Assembly: GCA_903944345.1 (NCBI GenBank)
Contig: CAJARJ010000002.1
Location: forward strand, 1,969 to 65,968
DNA length: 64,000 nt
Direction: 5' to 3'
Source: Candidatus Omnitrophota bacterium
GTDB taxonomy: Bacteria; Omnitrophota; Gorgyraeia; Zapsychrales; Fredricksoniimonadaceae
The notes under the pieces are model-generated. The model worked only from the letters and a program-made list of their open reading frames with translations, did no database searches and had not been told where the DNA came from. A program made the position numbers and the translations under genes. Below, piece by piece: positions 27,993-37,336 of the stretch. Position 1 is the stretch's first letter, and every line of letters starts with the position of its first letter.

Positions 27993-28283
27993 TTATGCGA
28001 TCTGCGGCGGCGGGCGAAAGATATCCTTCAAGGCCTCCCGGAAATAAAACGAATCGGCGACAATAAAACATTCTTTTGATAAAACAAGCCCCAACGCCGG
28101 ATTTTCTCCGGGAATATCGGCCAGAATTGGCGGGCAGGGCATCAGGGCCGCCTGACAGCCGCAATCAGAACCATCATGACAGCAACTGCAGGCGCAAGGA
28201 AGATTCTTCCTGTCGCCTTCAAAGCCAGAAACAGGACGTGGAAGAACTATCAATAAAACAAGCAAGAAAACCAGCCAACGCAT
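27993..28283 (-). CDS. Small secreted Cys-rich protein (96 aa) sharing a PCAC(S/G)C motif with 27745..27951
   Basis: Signal peptide MRWLVFLLVLLIVLPRPVSG followed by ...NLPCACSCCHDGSDCGCQAALMPCPP.... AGGA/GGTG upstream of the ATG. Confidence 0.5.
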   Translation of the reverse strand: MRWLVFLLVLLIVLPRPVSGFEGDRKNLPCACSCCHDGSDCGCQAALMPCPPILADIPGENPALGLVLSKECFIVADSFYFREALKDIFRPPPQIA

Positions 28284-28379
28284 TTTTCCTGAACACCTTT
28301 CTTCGTAACGAGAATATCATCCCGCCCGACAATAGCCAAGAAAAAAGCCGGATCAGGCCCTCATCCCTGATGAAACGGA

Positions 28380-28982
28380 TCAATATTTGACCGAACAACC
28401 ATAAGACTTGCCGGATTCGACTGTGACCGGATTCCCCGCCAGCAACTGATCAAGCACGGCCGCCGCGTAGTTACGCGCCAGTTTTAAATCCTCCGTCGAA
28501 GTACTCGGTCTGTCGTCAATGGCACCCTGGTAAACGAGCTTGCCGGCGGCATCAATGATAAAGATGTGCGGCGTGGTCTGAGCTCCATACAGACGGCCAA
28601 CCGCGCCATCGGCGTCCATCAGGGCTGCTGTACCAGCAAACCCTTCACTGGCCAGACGAACGGCCAAACCCGCGGGAGAATAATGTCCCTGCTTCCCGGG
28701 AGCCGAAGAATTAACCGACAACCAGACAACTCCTTTAGCCGTATAATCGGCCTGCCATTTCTGCATGGCTTTGGCATCATAAAATTTTCTAACAAAAGGA
28801 CATTCCGGATTGGTCCACTCAAGCAAAACAATCTTGCCTTTAAAAGAACCCAGAGGATAGGCTTCACCCTTGACATCGGTAAGAGTAAAATCCGGAGCCA
28901 TGTCTCCGGTAACAACCTGCGCCCAAGACGCCCCGACACATAAAACAAGCGCAACCCAAAAAAGAAAAAACGTTCTTAACAT
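28380..28982 (-). CDS. Periplasmic thioredoxin-fold redoxin (TlpA/AhpC-TSA-like) with atypical active site
   Basis: Signal peptide MLRTFFLFWVALVLCVGASWAQ. GKIVLLEWTNPECPFV sits at the usual WCxxC position but has a single Cys. A second Cys lies near the C-terminus (SYGCSVKY). Confidence 0.6.
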   Translation of the reverse strand: MLRTFFLFWVALVLCVGASWAQVVTGDMAPDFTLTDVKGEAYPLGSFKGKIVLLEWTNPECPFVRKFYDAKAMQKWQADYTAKGVVWLSVNSSAPGKQGHYSPAGLAVRLASEGFAGTAALMDADGAVGRLYGAQTTPHIFIIDAAGKLVYQGAIDDRPSTSTEDLKLARNYAAAVLDQLLAGNPVTVESGKSYGCSVKY

Positions 28983-29096
28983 GTTGTCCCCCTTAATTTT
29001 GTCTTTCTGCAGAAAAAATAAGTCGAATTTGTATCGAATCAAAAGCCAACAAAGTTTAGTCTTGGAAAACTTCTGATCCTTACCAAAAGAACGAAA

Positions 29097-31124
29097 CTAT
29101 TTCTGCAAAACATCCCGCAAAAAGGGCCGGGTCAGCAGTTCCGGCAAAAGCTGAGCCGAGTCACTGCCAGCGGCATAAAACACATACAAAGGAACCCCTG
29201 CCCGCCCGAAAGACTCCAGGGCCTGCGTAATGCGTTCATCACGGCTAGTCCAGTCGGCAATAAAAAGTGCCACATTCTCTTGTTTAAACAATGCCAATAT
29301 TGCCGGAGTTTTTAATACTGTCAGCTTGTTCACCTGGCAGGTCAGACACCAACTGGCAGTAAAATCGATAAAAACCGGACGACCCTCCAAACGGGCAGCC
29401 GCGACCGCCTCCGGATCATACGACTGCCAGACAATATCTTTCCCGCTCGAATCTCCCGGCAAAACAGCCAAACCGTACACCAGCGCCGCCGCAAATACCG
29501 CCAGGGCCAGCCACCGGCGGCCACGCCCAAAAAACCAGCAGGCCAAAGCCGCCGCAAGCAAAATCCCCAAAGCACTCACCAAAACCGACATGCCCGACTG
29601 CTCACCGAGGACAGATAACAGCCAGATCACGCAGCCCATAAGGACAAAACCCAACAGCTGTTTTAACGTCAGCATCCAGTTACCGGGACGGGGAACAAAA
29701 CGTAAACAAGCAGGAAAAACCGTCACCAAAGCCATCGGCAACGCCAGTCCAAGTCCAAGAAAAGTAAAAATGAGCAAACCCGCCATCGGCGGCTGAGTAA
29801 GGGCAAAGCCCAGGGCACTACCCATAAAAGGAGCCGTACAGGGCGTAGCCACGACTGTCATCAGTACGCCCGAAAGAAATGCCGAACCCTGAACCGGGAC
29901 AGAGGCTCCGACAACAAACTCGAAAACTCCGAACAAATTTAAAGCCAACACAAACAATAAAAGACTGATCAGCAGGACAAAAACCGGCGACTGGAACTGA
30001 AACCCCCACCCCAGGGAATGACCCGCGGCCTTGAGTAAAAACAACAATACCGCAAGAGCCCAGAAAGAAACCATAATGCCCAGCACATAAAAACCTGCCT
30101 GCACCAAAGCCCGGCGCTGATCGCTCTCTTTTCTGACCAACTGCAGAACCTTGAGAGAAAGAACCGGCAGAACACAAGGCATACCATTGAGAATGATCCC
30201 GCCAATAAAAGCCAAGAAACAGGCCAGCCACAAACCCGAAATGAATGCCGGAGTCGCGGATGCCACCGATGCGCTCACGGGGGCCTTGATCCTGACCGCC
30301 CTGGCTATCCCCCGGCTGTCCCAACCCCGCTCATGCACCAATATCCCTTCAATAAAATCCGGAGCTGATGTCTCCAACCCTGAACGCTCGACCAACAGTC
30401 GCGCCCGGTTTTGCGAACGGGTAAAAACCTGACCCGCTGCATGGCGAACCAGCCGATCCGAAAAAGGAAAGAACTCCACCCGGCCTTCCTGCCAGAACGG
30501 CAAACCAAGGTCAAGCCTCCATTTATCCGCTGAAACAGTTGCCCGCACATCAAGTTCAGGCAATTCAAACGGCCAGAGCAGACGCGTCTGCTCGAAAAGC
30601 GGTGCCTGCCCGGAAGGCCGGGGCGATTCCTGCGCAAGAGTCGGCGGCAAAACCAGGGACAATTCCGCTTCGCCCGGTAAACAATCCACCTGACAAGCAA
30701 GCCAGGAGACTTGAGCGCTGATCTGTACCGGAGCCGGATTCTGCGTTGCAGGGACAGTTACCGGCACAGCCAGCAATACTTCCCGCTCATAACCATAGGA
30801 CGCCAACGGTCCGGAAACAATGCGCTCTGGATACGGCCAGCGAACTTCTCCCGCCTGCCAGCCTTCGGGCAGCCGGAGCTCAATCGATGGCGCCAGCCCC
30901 GAGTCCCCGGGGTTGCGCCAATAAACATGCCAGCCATCGTCCATAACCATGCGCAGGCCCAGCCAGAGGGTTCCTCCGGCCGGCCAGGATTCATGTTCGG
31001 CCACCAGACTGACGCTCGTATGCGCAGAATAAACTTCAGCCCGAACAAAAGAAGCGGCCCCCAAAACCACTACTCCGGCCCAGAATATCCGACAGAAAAA
31101 CTGTTGAATGGAATACGCAAACAT
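29097..31124 (-). CDS. dsbD: Thiol:disulfide interchange protein DsbD (N-terminal periplasmic domain, CcdA-like TM core, C-terminal thioredoxin domain)
   Basis: DsbD-alpha-like N-domain. TM core with conserved Cys (MPCVLPVLSLK). C-terminal thioredoxin fold with WCLTC. Confidence 0.8.
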   Translation of the reverse strand: MFAYSIQQFFCRIFWAGVVVLGAASFVRAEVYSAHTSVSLVAEHESWPAGGTLWLGLRMVMDDGWHVYWRNPGDSGLAPSIELRLPEGWQAGEVRWPYPERIVSGPLASYGYEREVLLAVPVTVPATQNPAPVQISAQVSWLACQVDCLPGEAELSLVLPPTLAQESPRPSGQAPLFEQTRLLWPFELPELDVRATVSADKWRLDLGLPFWQEGRVEFFPFSDRLVRHAAGQVFTRSQNRARLLVERSGLETSAPDFIEGILVHERGWDSRGIARAVRIKAPVSASVASATPAFISGLWLACFLAFIGGIILNGMPCVLPVLSLKVLQLVRKESDQRRALVQAGFYVLGIMVSFWALAVLLFLLKAAGHSLGWGFQFQSPVFVLLISLLLFVLALNLFGVFEFVVGASVPVQGSAFLSGVLMTVVATPCTAPFMGSALGFALTQPPMAGLLIFTFLGLGLALPMALVTVFPACLRFVPRPGNWMLTLKQLLGFVLMGCVIWLLSVLGEQSGMSVLVSALGILLAAALACWFFGRGRRWLALAVFAAALVYGLAVLPGDSSGKDIVWQSYDPEAVAAARLEGRPVFIDFTASWCLTCQVNKLTVLKTPAILALFKQENVALFIADWTSRDERITQALESFGRAGVPLYVFYAAGSDSAQLLPELLTRPFLRDVLQK

Positions 31125-31165
31125 TGGTCTCCCTTCGAAGCGGCGAGCACCGCCTCAACACTACT

Positions 31166-32101
31166 TCAGGATTTCTCCAGCATATCGCCGACGACCAGTT
31201 TGTGCCCCGCCAGAAAAGCACGCGCGTCCATGGGCCTGGAACCGGCCGGATGAACCCGCCGGATCAGGACAGCCTGGTCGGCAGCACGGACGCAAAAACC
31301 TTCCTTGTGAAGGGCCACAATCTCGCCGGGGCGACCGGCTGCGGCCAGCGGCACCGGGGAGGCTTCCAAAACCTTGACCATATGTCCCCGCCAGAAAATA
31401 AACGCGCCCGGCCAGGGCTGCAGGCCGCGCACCAGATCATGAACGGCTCTGGCCGTGCTGTTCCAGTTAATACGCCCCAACTCTTTGTGCAACTTGGCCG
31501 CGTAGGTCGCCTGACTATGGTCCTGCGGGACGGGAACAATTTCTCCCGCCTTGATGCGGGGCAAAGTGCGCGATAAAAGTCCGGCTCCCATTTCGGCCAG
31601 CCGTACGCGCAGTTCCGCCGAAGTCATCTCAAGCGAAACAGCACAGGTTTCTAAAGCCAGTATGTCTCCCTCGTCCATTCCGGGCGACATCTGCATGATG
31701 GTCACTCCACTTTGGGTCTCTCCGTTAATAACCGCCCAATTGACCGGAGCCGCCCCTCGATACCTAGGCAAAAGGGACGCATGCACATTGATACACCGAT
31801 AGGACGGCAGATTAAGAATATCCACCGGAAGAATCTTGCCGTAAGCCACAACCACAAAAATATCCGCCCGGAAAGCCGCCAGGCGCTCAAGGACTGCCGG
31901 CTCCTTGAGAGTCAAGGGCTGAAAAACATCCACTCCGTGAGCGCCGGCCACCTGTTTGGTCGCCGAAAAAACCATATGCAAACCTCGCCCCTTGGGGCGA
32001 TCCGGCTGGGTCACCAGCCCGACCACCTTGTGCCCGTCATCGAGCAGACGCCCGAGACTGACTGCGGCAAAATCATCACAACCAAAAAAAAGAATTCTCA
32101 T
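31166..32101 (-). CDS. fmt: Methionyl-tRNA formyltransferase
   Basis: MRILFFGCDDFAAVSL...VVGLVTQPDRPKGRG. Formyltransferase N- and C-domains present. Confidence 0.9.
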   Translation of the reverse strand: MRILFFGCDDFAAVSLGRLLDDGHKVVGLVTQPDRPKGRGLHMVFSATKQVAGAHGVDVFQPLTLKEPAVLERLAAFRADIFVVVAYGKILPVDILNLPSYRCINVHASLLPRYRGAAPVNWAVINGETQSGVTIMQMSPGMDEGDILALETCAVSLEMTSAELRVRLAEMGAGLLSRTLPRIKAGEIVPVPQDHSQATYAAKLHKELGRINWNSTARAVHDLVRGLQPWPGAFIFWRGHMVKVLEASPVPLAAAGRPGEIVALHKEGFCVRAADQAVLIRRVHPAGSRPMDARAFLAGHKLVVGDMLEKS

Positions 32102-33768
32102 GGATCAACATTCACGGTCACAACCGTGTCCTTTTTTCCGCGAAATGTCCGCAGAACCAGCCGAACATGCCCCATCAAAACCTTGAGCGCTCCCCCCTGG
32201 ATGACCACGCACCAGCGATATTTACCACGAAGAACCGCGCTGCGATCCGGCTGAGGCTCCATAAGCACAAGCCCCGCGGGACAATCCTTCAGTAACATAT
32301 CATACAACCTTTTGGCTTCATCGCAAGCCAGCTGTGCGTCAGCGGAACGCGCGACCAGAGCCACAATATGACGAAACGGAGGAAACCCCATCTCCCGGCG
32401 CTGTTCCAGCTCTCCGGCGTAAAAAGGCAAAGGATCGTCAGCCGCTGCCAGCTGCAGGGTCGGATCGGCGGCATTGCGGGTCTGCACAAGCACTTCGGTT
32501 CTGGTCATGGCCCGCAAATATCTTATCAGGGAAAAGGCCGCGTGCGCCGCGCGATGATCCAGGCGATGGAATTCCCGGTCAATATCCAACACACAGGAAA
32601 AGTCAAAAACCAGACTGCTGCGAAAGCGAAACAAAGACTGGGTGGCGACCACAATATCGGCCGACCCCGGCCATTGAGCCGAGGATGAATCATATCCGGC
32701 CACACGCGCGTAAATAAACGCCTCTTTGATCTCCTGCATCACCGACGCAGTCCCGCGAGCGGCCTGGATATACAAAACCGCGCGCCCTTTGGCCTGCAGA
32801 ATCTTTTCGAGGGTTATCCTCAAAGGCAAAGACAATACGCTGCCCCGACGCATTTTGAAATTTCCAAGATCCATGAGACGCGCCGGTGCCAGTGAATCCG
32901 TAAAACGGATCATCCGCCCGTTCGGTAAAGAAGCCTCATGCCAGGCTTCGGCGGAAGGGGCCAAAGACACCATAGCCACGGTACAGCCTTCCAGCCGCGA
33001 ACGCAAAAAAACCGCTTCCCGGGCATGATAAAAAGGCGACTGGTCATGTTTGTAGGACTGACTTTCCTCATCGACAATTACAATCAGTCCCAGATCCGGG
33101 ACCGGAGTCAGCGCCGCAGAAATAAAACCTGCAGCCAGTCGCCGGCGTCCCCGGCAAAGGTCATCCCAGCGTCCGGCTTCCTGCTTCTGCGTTCCCCCCG
33201 CCATAACCAGAGGATCAAGACCATACCCGCGCAGGCGACCGAGAGTATCGTCAAGGTATCCGGCGTCGGGAACGAGCACCAGAACTCTTTGTCCGGACTT
33301 CAGTGTCTGTCCGATCTTCTCCAGCAATACCGGCCAGCACTTGCGCAAACGATCATCAAAATACAACTCCACCGCCCCGCGTACGTTCCGGGATGCCTGG
33401 ATCCGCAAAGCCGGTAACGCGCCGGCAGGAGCCAGACGTTTACGCGGAAGGCGCCAGTAACCGGGAAGAAAAAGCTCCAAAGCCTCGCCCAGAGAACACC
33501 CAAAACGCAGGGCAAACACTTCCGCCAGACGCAAGGCGTGCGGCGGAAGGGACGGATCCTCATCAAGAACAGCCAAAAGAGGCTTCAACTCCGGAAAGTC
33601 GCTGCTCCCGGCCAGGGAGACAACAATCCCCACTTTTTTACGGCCGGCAAAAGAAACCAGCACCCGGACTCCGGGAGATACGCAAGACCTGTAACTGTCG
33701 GGAACAGAATAGTCAAACGGGGTCTCAACAGGGATACCGAAAGCAACTCGGGCAATACAGCTGGACAT
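32098..33768 (-). CDS. PriA-like primosomal protein N' homolog with degenerate helicase motifs (putative pseudo-helicase)
   Basis: Collinear with PriA: an N-terminal 3'-DNA-binding domain (VAFGIPVETPFDYSVP), LVLVPDAGYL, LIVIVDEESQSYKHDQSPFYHAREA, and a C-terminal LRGKYRWCVVIQ. It lacks GSGKT (Walker A), has DEES instead of DEEH, lacks the Cys4 zinc-binding insert, and has no QxxGRxGR. Confidence 0.6.
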   Translation of the reverse strand: MSSCIARVAFGIPVETPFDYSVPDSYRSCVSPGVRVLVSFAGRKKVGIVVSLAGSSDFPELKPLLAVLDEDPSLPPHALRLAEVFALRFGCSLGEALELFLPGYWRLPRKRLAPAGALPALRIQASRNVRGAVELYFDDRLRKCWPVLLEKIGQTLKSGQRVLVLVPDAGYLDDTLGRLRGYGLDPLVMAGGTQKQEAGRWDDLCRGRRRLAAGFISAALTPVPDLGLIVIVDEESQSYKHDQSPFYHAREAVFLRSRLEGCTVAMVSLAPSAEAWHEASLPNGRMIRFTDSLAPARLMDLGNFKMRRGSVLSLPLRITLEKILQAKGRAVLYIQAARGTASVMQEIKEAFIYARVAGYDSSSAQWPGSADIVVATQSLFRFRSSLVFDFSCVLDIDREFHRLDHRAAHAAFSLIRYLRAMTRTEVLVQTRNAADPTLQLAAADDPLPFYAGELEQRREMGFPPFRHIVALVARSADAQLACDEAKRLYDMLLKDCPAGLVLMEPQPDRSAVLRGKYRWCVVIQGGALKVLMGHVRLVLRTFRGKKDTVVTVNVDP

Positions 33769-33774
33769 AGACTC

Positions 33775-34905
33775 TCAGGAGAGGTTACGGATAATATCTT
33801 CGACAGAACGCGGCCGGGCGAGCGCGGCACAGGCGGAACGGGCAGCGGCAAGCCGTTCCGGCGAGGAGGCCAGAGCATGAATTTCTGCCGCAATATCCGA
33901 CAAAGACTGCCCGCTCGAACCTATCTTGTAACGTTCCAACACAGCAACATTACCGGCTTCCTGACCGGGAATTGCGCTGAAGAATATCATCGGGAGGCTC
34001 GCGGACAATGCTTCGGTGATCGAAAGACCGCCGGGCTTGGTCACCATGACATCGGTCGCCGCCAGCATCTCTTCCATATTGCTGACAAAACCGCACACCT
34101 TGTGTAAAGGGTTTTTTCGCGCGGCAATCTTTTCGGCCAAAGCCTTGTTGTTGCCACAAATAAGTATGAGCTGAACATCCTTGAGCAGTTCTGCCAATTC
34201 ATCGATAGGGCCAAAGCCGAAGGAACTGGTGGAAACAAGCGCGGTAAAAGCCTCCGGACGCAGGCCGAGCTTGCGCCGGATGTCCTGTTTGTCACGCGGA
34301 ACCAGAAACTTTTCATCCACCGGAATACCGGTCACCCGCACACGCTGCGGATCAACCCCCAGCGCGACCAGCCGTTCACGGGTATATTCACAAGCTACCA
34401 GATAAAGATCCACGCCAGCTGAAAGCCAGATACGGTGCACATCGTAATCCGTAACAATCGTCACCAGCCGGGAACGCAATTTTCCGGTCTGGCGCAAATG
34501 TCCGCAGACTTCCGTGGCAAAAAAATGCGTGGAAACAATAACGTCAAATTCCCCTTCTGTCACCAAGCGCACCAAAGGCCCGGCATTCAGCGCATTATAA
34601 ACACGCCTCACCGAACAAAAAACCGGGCTAAACCACGCCTGGTCGGAAAGCTCGAAGAACTTCTCCCATAAACCGGGCAATTTGCCGACCATATAAGCAT
34701 AGAAGGAAGCATACGTGGCCCGAAACAGGCAAGAAGAATGATCCAAAGCATCTTCCAGCCTGGCCGTGCCAACAACAGACCCGCGCGCCTGGAAACCATG
34801 ATATACCGCCTCAGCGGCTTTGCGGTGACCGGCGCCCGCGCTTGCGTGCAGGATGAGGATCTTCGGCGAGGATAAGGTCGACTGCGTCATAGAGGTCCTC
34901 CACAA
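33775..34905 (-). CDS. GT28-family glycosyltransferase (MGDG synthase / UgtP / MurG-like)
   Basis: ILILHASAGAGHRKAAEAV N-terminus and a GT-B C-terminal half are typical of the monogalactosyldiacylglycerol synthase family. The start may lie downstream; the ORF overlaps gmhB by about 80-95 nt. Confidence 0.65.
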   Translation of the reverse strand: MWRTSMTQSTLSSPKILILHASAGAGHRKAAEAVYHGFQARGSVVGTARLEDALDHSSCLFRATYASFYAYMVGKLPGLWEKFFELSDQAWFSPVFCSVRRVYNALNAGPLVRLVTEGEFDVIVSTHFFATEVCGHLRQTGKLRSRLVTIVTDYDVHRIWLSAGVDLYLVACEYTRERLVALGVDPQRVRVTGIPVDEKFLVPRDKQDIRRKLGLRPEAFTALVSTSSFGFGPIDELAELLKDVQLILICGNNKALAEKIAARKNPLHKVCGFVSNMEEMLAATDVMVTKPGGLSITEALSASLPMIFFSAIPGQEAGNVAVLERYKIGSSGQSLSDIAAEIHALASSPERLAAARSACAALARPRSVEDIIRNLS

Positions 34906-35410
34906 TAAAATCCGGACGAATATCCCAGCGTTTCATGTACTGCTGGTCTTCCCGACCGGAAAGCACAAAAACCGTTTTACAGCCGGCATTCTTTCCGGCC
35001 TTGATATCCCCTTGGGTATCTCCGACAAAATAAGTATGGCCGGCATCGTCAATGCTGTGGTCGATCGATTCCAGAGCCTTGATAACATTGCCGATCCGGG
35101 GTTTACGGCAATTGCAGGCATCGTTCGACTTGCAAGTGCAATACAACACCTCTTCAATACGGCCGCCGGCTTCGCCGACATTCCGAAGCATATACGCCGT
35201 AATCTGCTCCAGTTTCTCCCGGGAGTAAACCCCCTTGCCCACACCGGCCTGATTGGAAACCACAAAGATATGATAGCCGGCATCCGTCAAACGACGCAAG
35301 GCCTCCAGCGACCGGGGAATAAAATGAAAATCCCTGATCTTGGTCACATAAAGCCCGTTTCCGGGAAATTCGTTGATAACCCCGTCTCTGTCGAGAAAAA
35401 CAACTTTCAT
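34811..35410 (-). CDS. gmhB: D-glycero-D-manno-heptose 1,7-bisphosphate phosphatase (HAD family, histidinol-phosphatase-like)
   Basis: MKVVFLDRDGVIN...VVSNQ...CxCRKP motif string. Start codon at 35408-35410. Confidence 0.75.
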   Translation of the reverse strand: MKVVFLDRDGVINEFPGNGLYVTKIRDFHFIPRSLEALRRLTDAGYHIFVVSNQAGVGKGVYSREKLEQITAYMLRNVGEAGGRIEEVLYCTCKSNDACNCRKPRIGNVIKALESIDHSIDDAGHTYFVGDTQGDIKAGKNAGCKTVFVLSGREDQQYMKRWDIRPDFIVEDLYDAVDLILAEDPHPARKRGRRSPQSR

Positions 35411-35417
35411 ACCAGCC

Positions 35418-36239
35418 TTACCAGCTGCGCGAACCGGGTGTACCGGGCTCGTCGCCTTTGTGTGTGCCAGCCGCATGCGCTGCCGGGTTTTGTACAAGCT
35501 CGTAATATTTCGCATAACTGACAATCTGATACAGCCCGGAAAACACCGCCAGCATAAAACCGGGAAACCCGTCTTTGTAACCGCGCTTGCCGATATAATA
35601 TCGGAAGAAACGATCGATAGTACGCCATAGGGCCGTTCCCAAGGTCATTTTGCGTCCGGTCTCCACCCACTTGCGGGCCTCCATCGAGGTTTGTCCGTTC
35701 ATTTTCGAAATAAAATGCGAGAAATCGCGATAGCTATAATGAAGGATATCGCCCTTGAGGGTACGGGTCTTCCCCTCCATAAAAACGCGCGGGTGAACCC
35801 CCACTTCCTCGTATTTGAAACGATCCTTGCGAAAAAGCCGCAACTGGGCCGAAGGATACTGCCCTCCGTGTCGAAGCCAGATCGTTCCAATAAAATTCCG
35901 GCGCGGCAAATTGTATCCGGCCATGTCGGTCTCTGTCCCGAGTGTCCGGTCGATTTCCTTGCGCAGCTCGGGCGTCATTCTCTCGTCGGCATCCAGGCTG
36001 AGCACCCAGTTGTGCGTGGCACGGGCATAGGCCCAGTTGCGATGCCGGCCCTCATTATCCATCCGACGTTCAAAAACGCGGCTGGTAAAACCGCGTGCGA
36101 TCTCCACGGTACGATCGCTCGAACCATCGTCAACCACCACGACCTCGTCCGCCCAGGCGCGCACGCTGGACAGGCACGGTTCAATATTTTTCTCTTCGTT
36201 GCGGGTGATCACAACAACTGTCAGCGGAGGCCTGGGCAT
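35418..36239 (-). CDS. GT2-family glycosyltransferase (LPS core WaaE/KdtX-like)
   Basis: VVVITRNEEKNIEPCL...VVVDDGSSDRT...SLDADE matches the GT2 DXD architecture. Confidence 0.75.
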   Translation of the reverse strand: MPRPPLTVVVITRNEEKNIEPCLSSVRAWADEVVVVDDGSSDRTVEIARGFTSRVFERRMDNEGRHRNWAYARATHNWVLSLDADERMTPELRKEIDRTLGTETDMAGYNLPRRNFIGTIWLRHGGQYPSAQLRLFRKDRFKYEEVGVHPRVFMEGKTRTLKGDILHYSYRDFSHFISKMNGQTSMEARKWVETGRKMTLGTALWRTIDRFFRYYIGKRGYKDGFPGFMLAVFSGLYQIVSYAKYYELVQNPAAHAAGTHKGDEPGTPGSRSW

Positions 36240-37336
36240 CAGACAAGCTCCTTGAGCGCCCCGGTAACTTCCAGCACCTGGGCTTCCGTCATATGAGGAA
36301 ATAACGGCAGGGAAAGAATATCCGCAGCCACCGCCTCAGCCACCGGGAAAGCACCGGCGGCGCAGCCGGCATCCCGATAGGCTTCCTGCAAATGAATCGG
36401 GATCGGATAATGAATAAGTGAAGCGATACCACGGGTTTTGAGTCCTTCCATAACCCGCTCCCGCTCCTTGAGGCGGATCGCAAAGGTCTGATAAACATGA
36501 TCGCGGTCCGCCGCCTGCTGCGGCAACGCCACCGCGGCGCCCCGCAGTTCGCGGGCATAAATCGCAGCCACGTCACGGCGCATGGCGTTCCATTCGTCAA
36601 GATGCCTGAGCTTGGCGGAAAGCACTACCGCCTGCAAAGTGTCCAGCCGGGAATTAAACCCCTTCACGCGATGAGAATACCGGTCAGTGCGCCCGTAATC
36701 GCGCAACATGCTGACCGTCTGGTAAACCTTATCATCATTGGTGACCAGCATGCCGCCGTCTCCCCAACCACCCAGACCTTTGGTGGGATAAAAACTGAAA
36801 CATCCCGCACGCCCCATAGAACCGCTGCGCTGGGCCTTGTAACGGGCTCCATGCGCCTGGCAGGCGTCCTCGACAACAGCCACCCCGTGCTTGCCGGCGA
36901 TCTGACAAATCTGTTGCATATGGGCCATCTGCCCGTACAAATGCACCGGAATAACCGCCCGTGTTCTGGGGGTGATCGCCCGGGCAAACTTGTCGGGATC
37001 AATATTATAAGTTTCCTGCTCGATATCCACAAAACGCACCGTGGCCCCGGTATCGGAAACACACAAAGCAGTAGCAATAAACGTATGTGTCGGCAGAATC
37101 ACCTCGTCGCCGGGACCAATCCCCAGCGCTGCCAGGGCAAAATAAAGCGCGTCCGTCCCCGAATTAACACCTGCGGCATATTTGACTCCGCAAAAAGCGG
37201 CAAATTCGTCTTCAAATTTTTTGACATCCGGACCCATAATAAAAGCGGACTTCTCGATCACACGTTTAAAACCGGCGTCAACCTCGGCCTGTATAGCCTG
37301 GTTCTGCCGGGAAAAATCAATAAACGGCACGCTCAT
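36239..37336 (-). CDS. DegT/DnrJ/EryC1/StrS-family PLP-dependent sugar aminotransferase
   Basis: N-terminus FIDFSRQNQAIQAEVDAGFKRVIEKSAFIMGPDVKKFEDEFAAFCG, plus the fold-type I Lys region. Confidence 0.85.
   Translation of the reverse strand: MSVPFIDFSRQNQAIQAEVDAGFKRVIEKSAFIMGPDVKKFEDEFAAFCGVKYAAGVNSGTDALYFALAALGIGPGDEVILPTHTFIATALCVSDTGATVRFVDIEQETYNIDPDKFARAITPRTRAVIPVHLYGQMAHMQQICQIAGKHGVAVVEDACQAHGARYKAQRSGSMGRAGCFSFYPTKGLGGWGDGGMLVTNDDKVYQTVSMLRDYGRTDRYSHRVKGFNSRLDTLQAVVLSAKLRHLDEWNAMRRDVAAIYARELRGAAVALPQQAADRDHVYQTFAIRLKERERVMEGLKTRGIASLIHYPIPIHLQEAYRDAGCAAGAFPVAEAVAADILSLPLFPHMTEAQVLEVTGALKELV

Noticed and set aside
28076-28390. 104-aa plus-strand ORF opposite the second Cys-rich gene
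   Set aside because: Antisense to a gene with signal peptide and RBS. No features of its own.
34811-34905. ~95 nt overlap between GT28 gene start and gmhB 3' end as evidence of a frameshift or pseudogene
   Set aside because: More likely an over-extended start call for the GT28 gene. An alternative Met at 34890 or non-ATG starts exist, and both proteins are full length.
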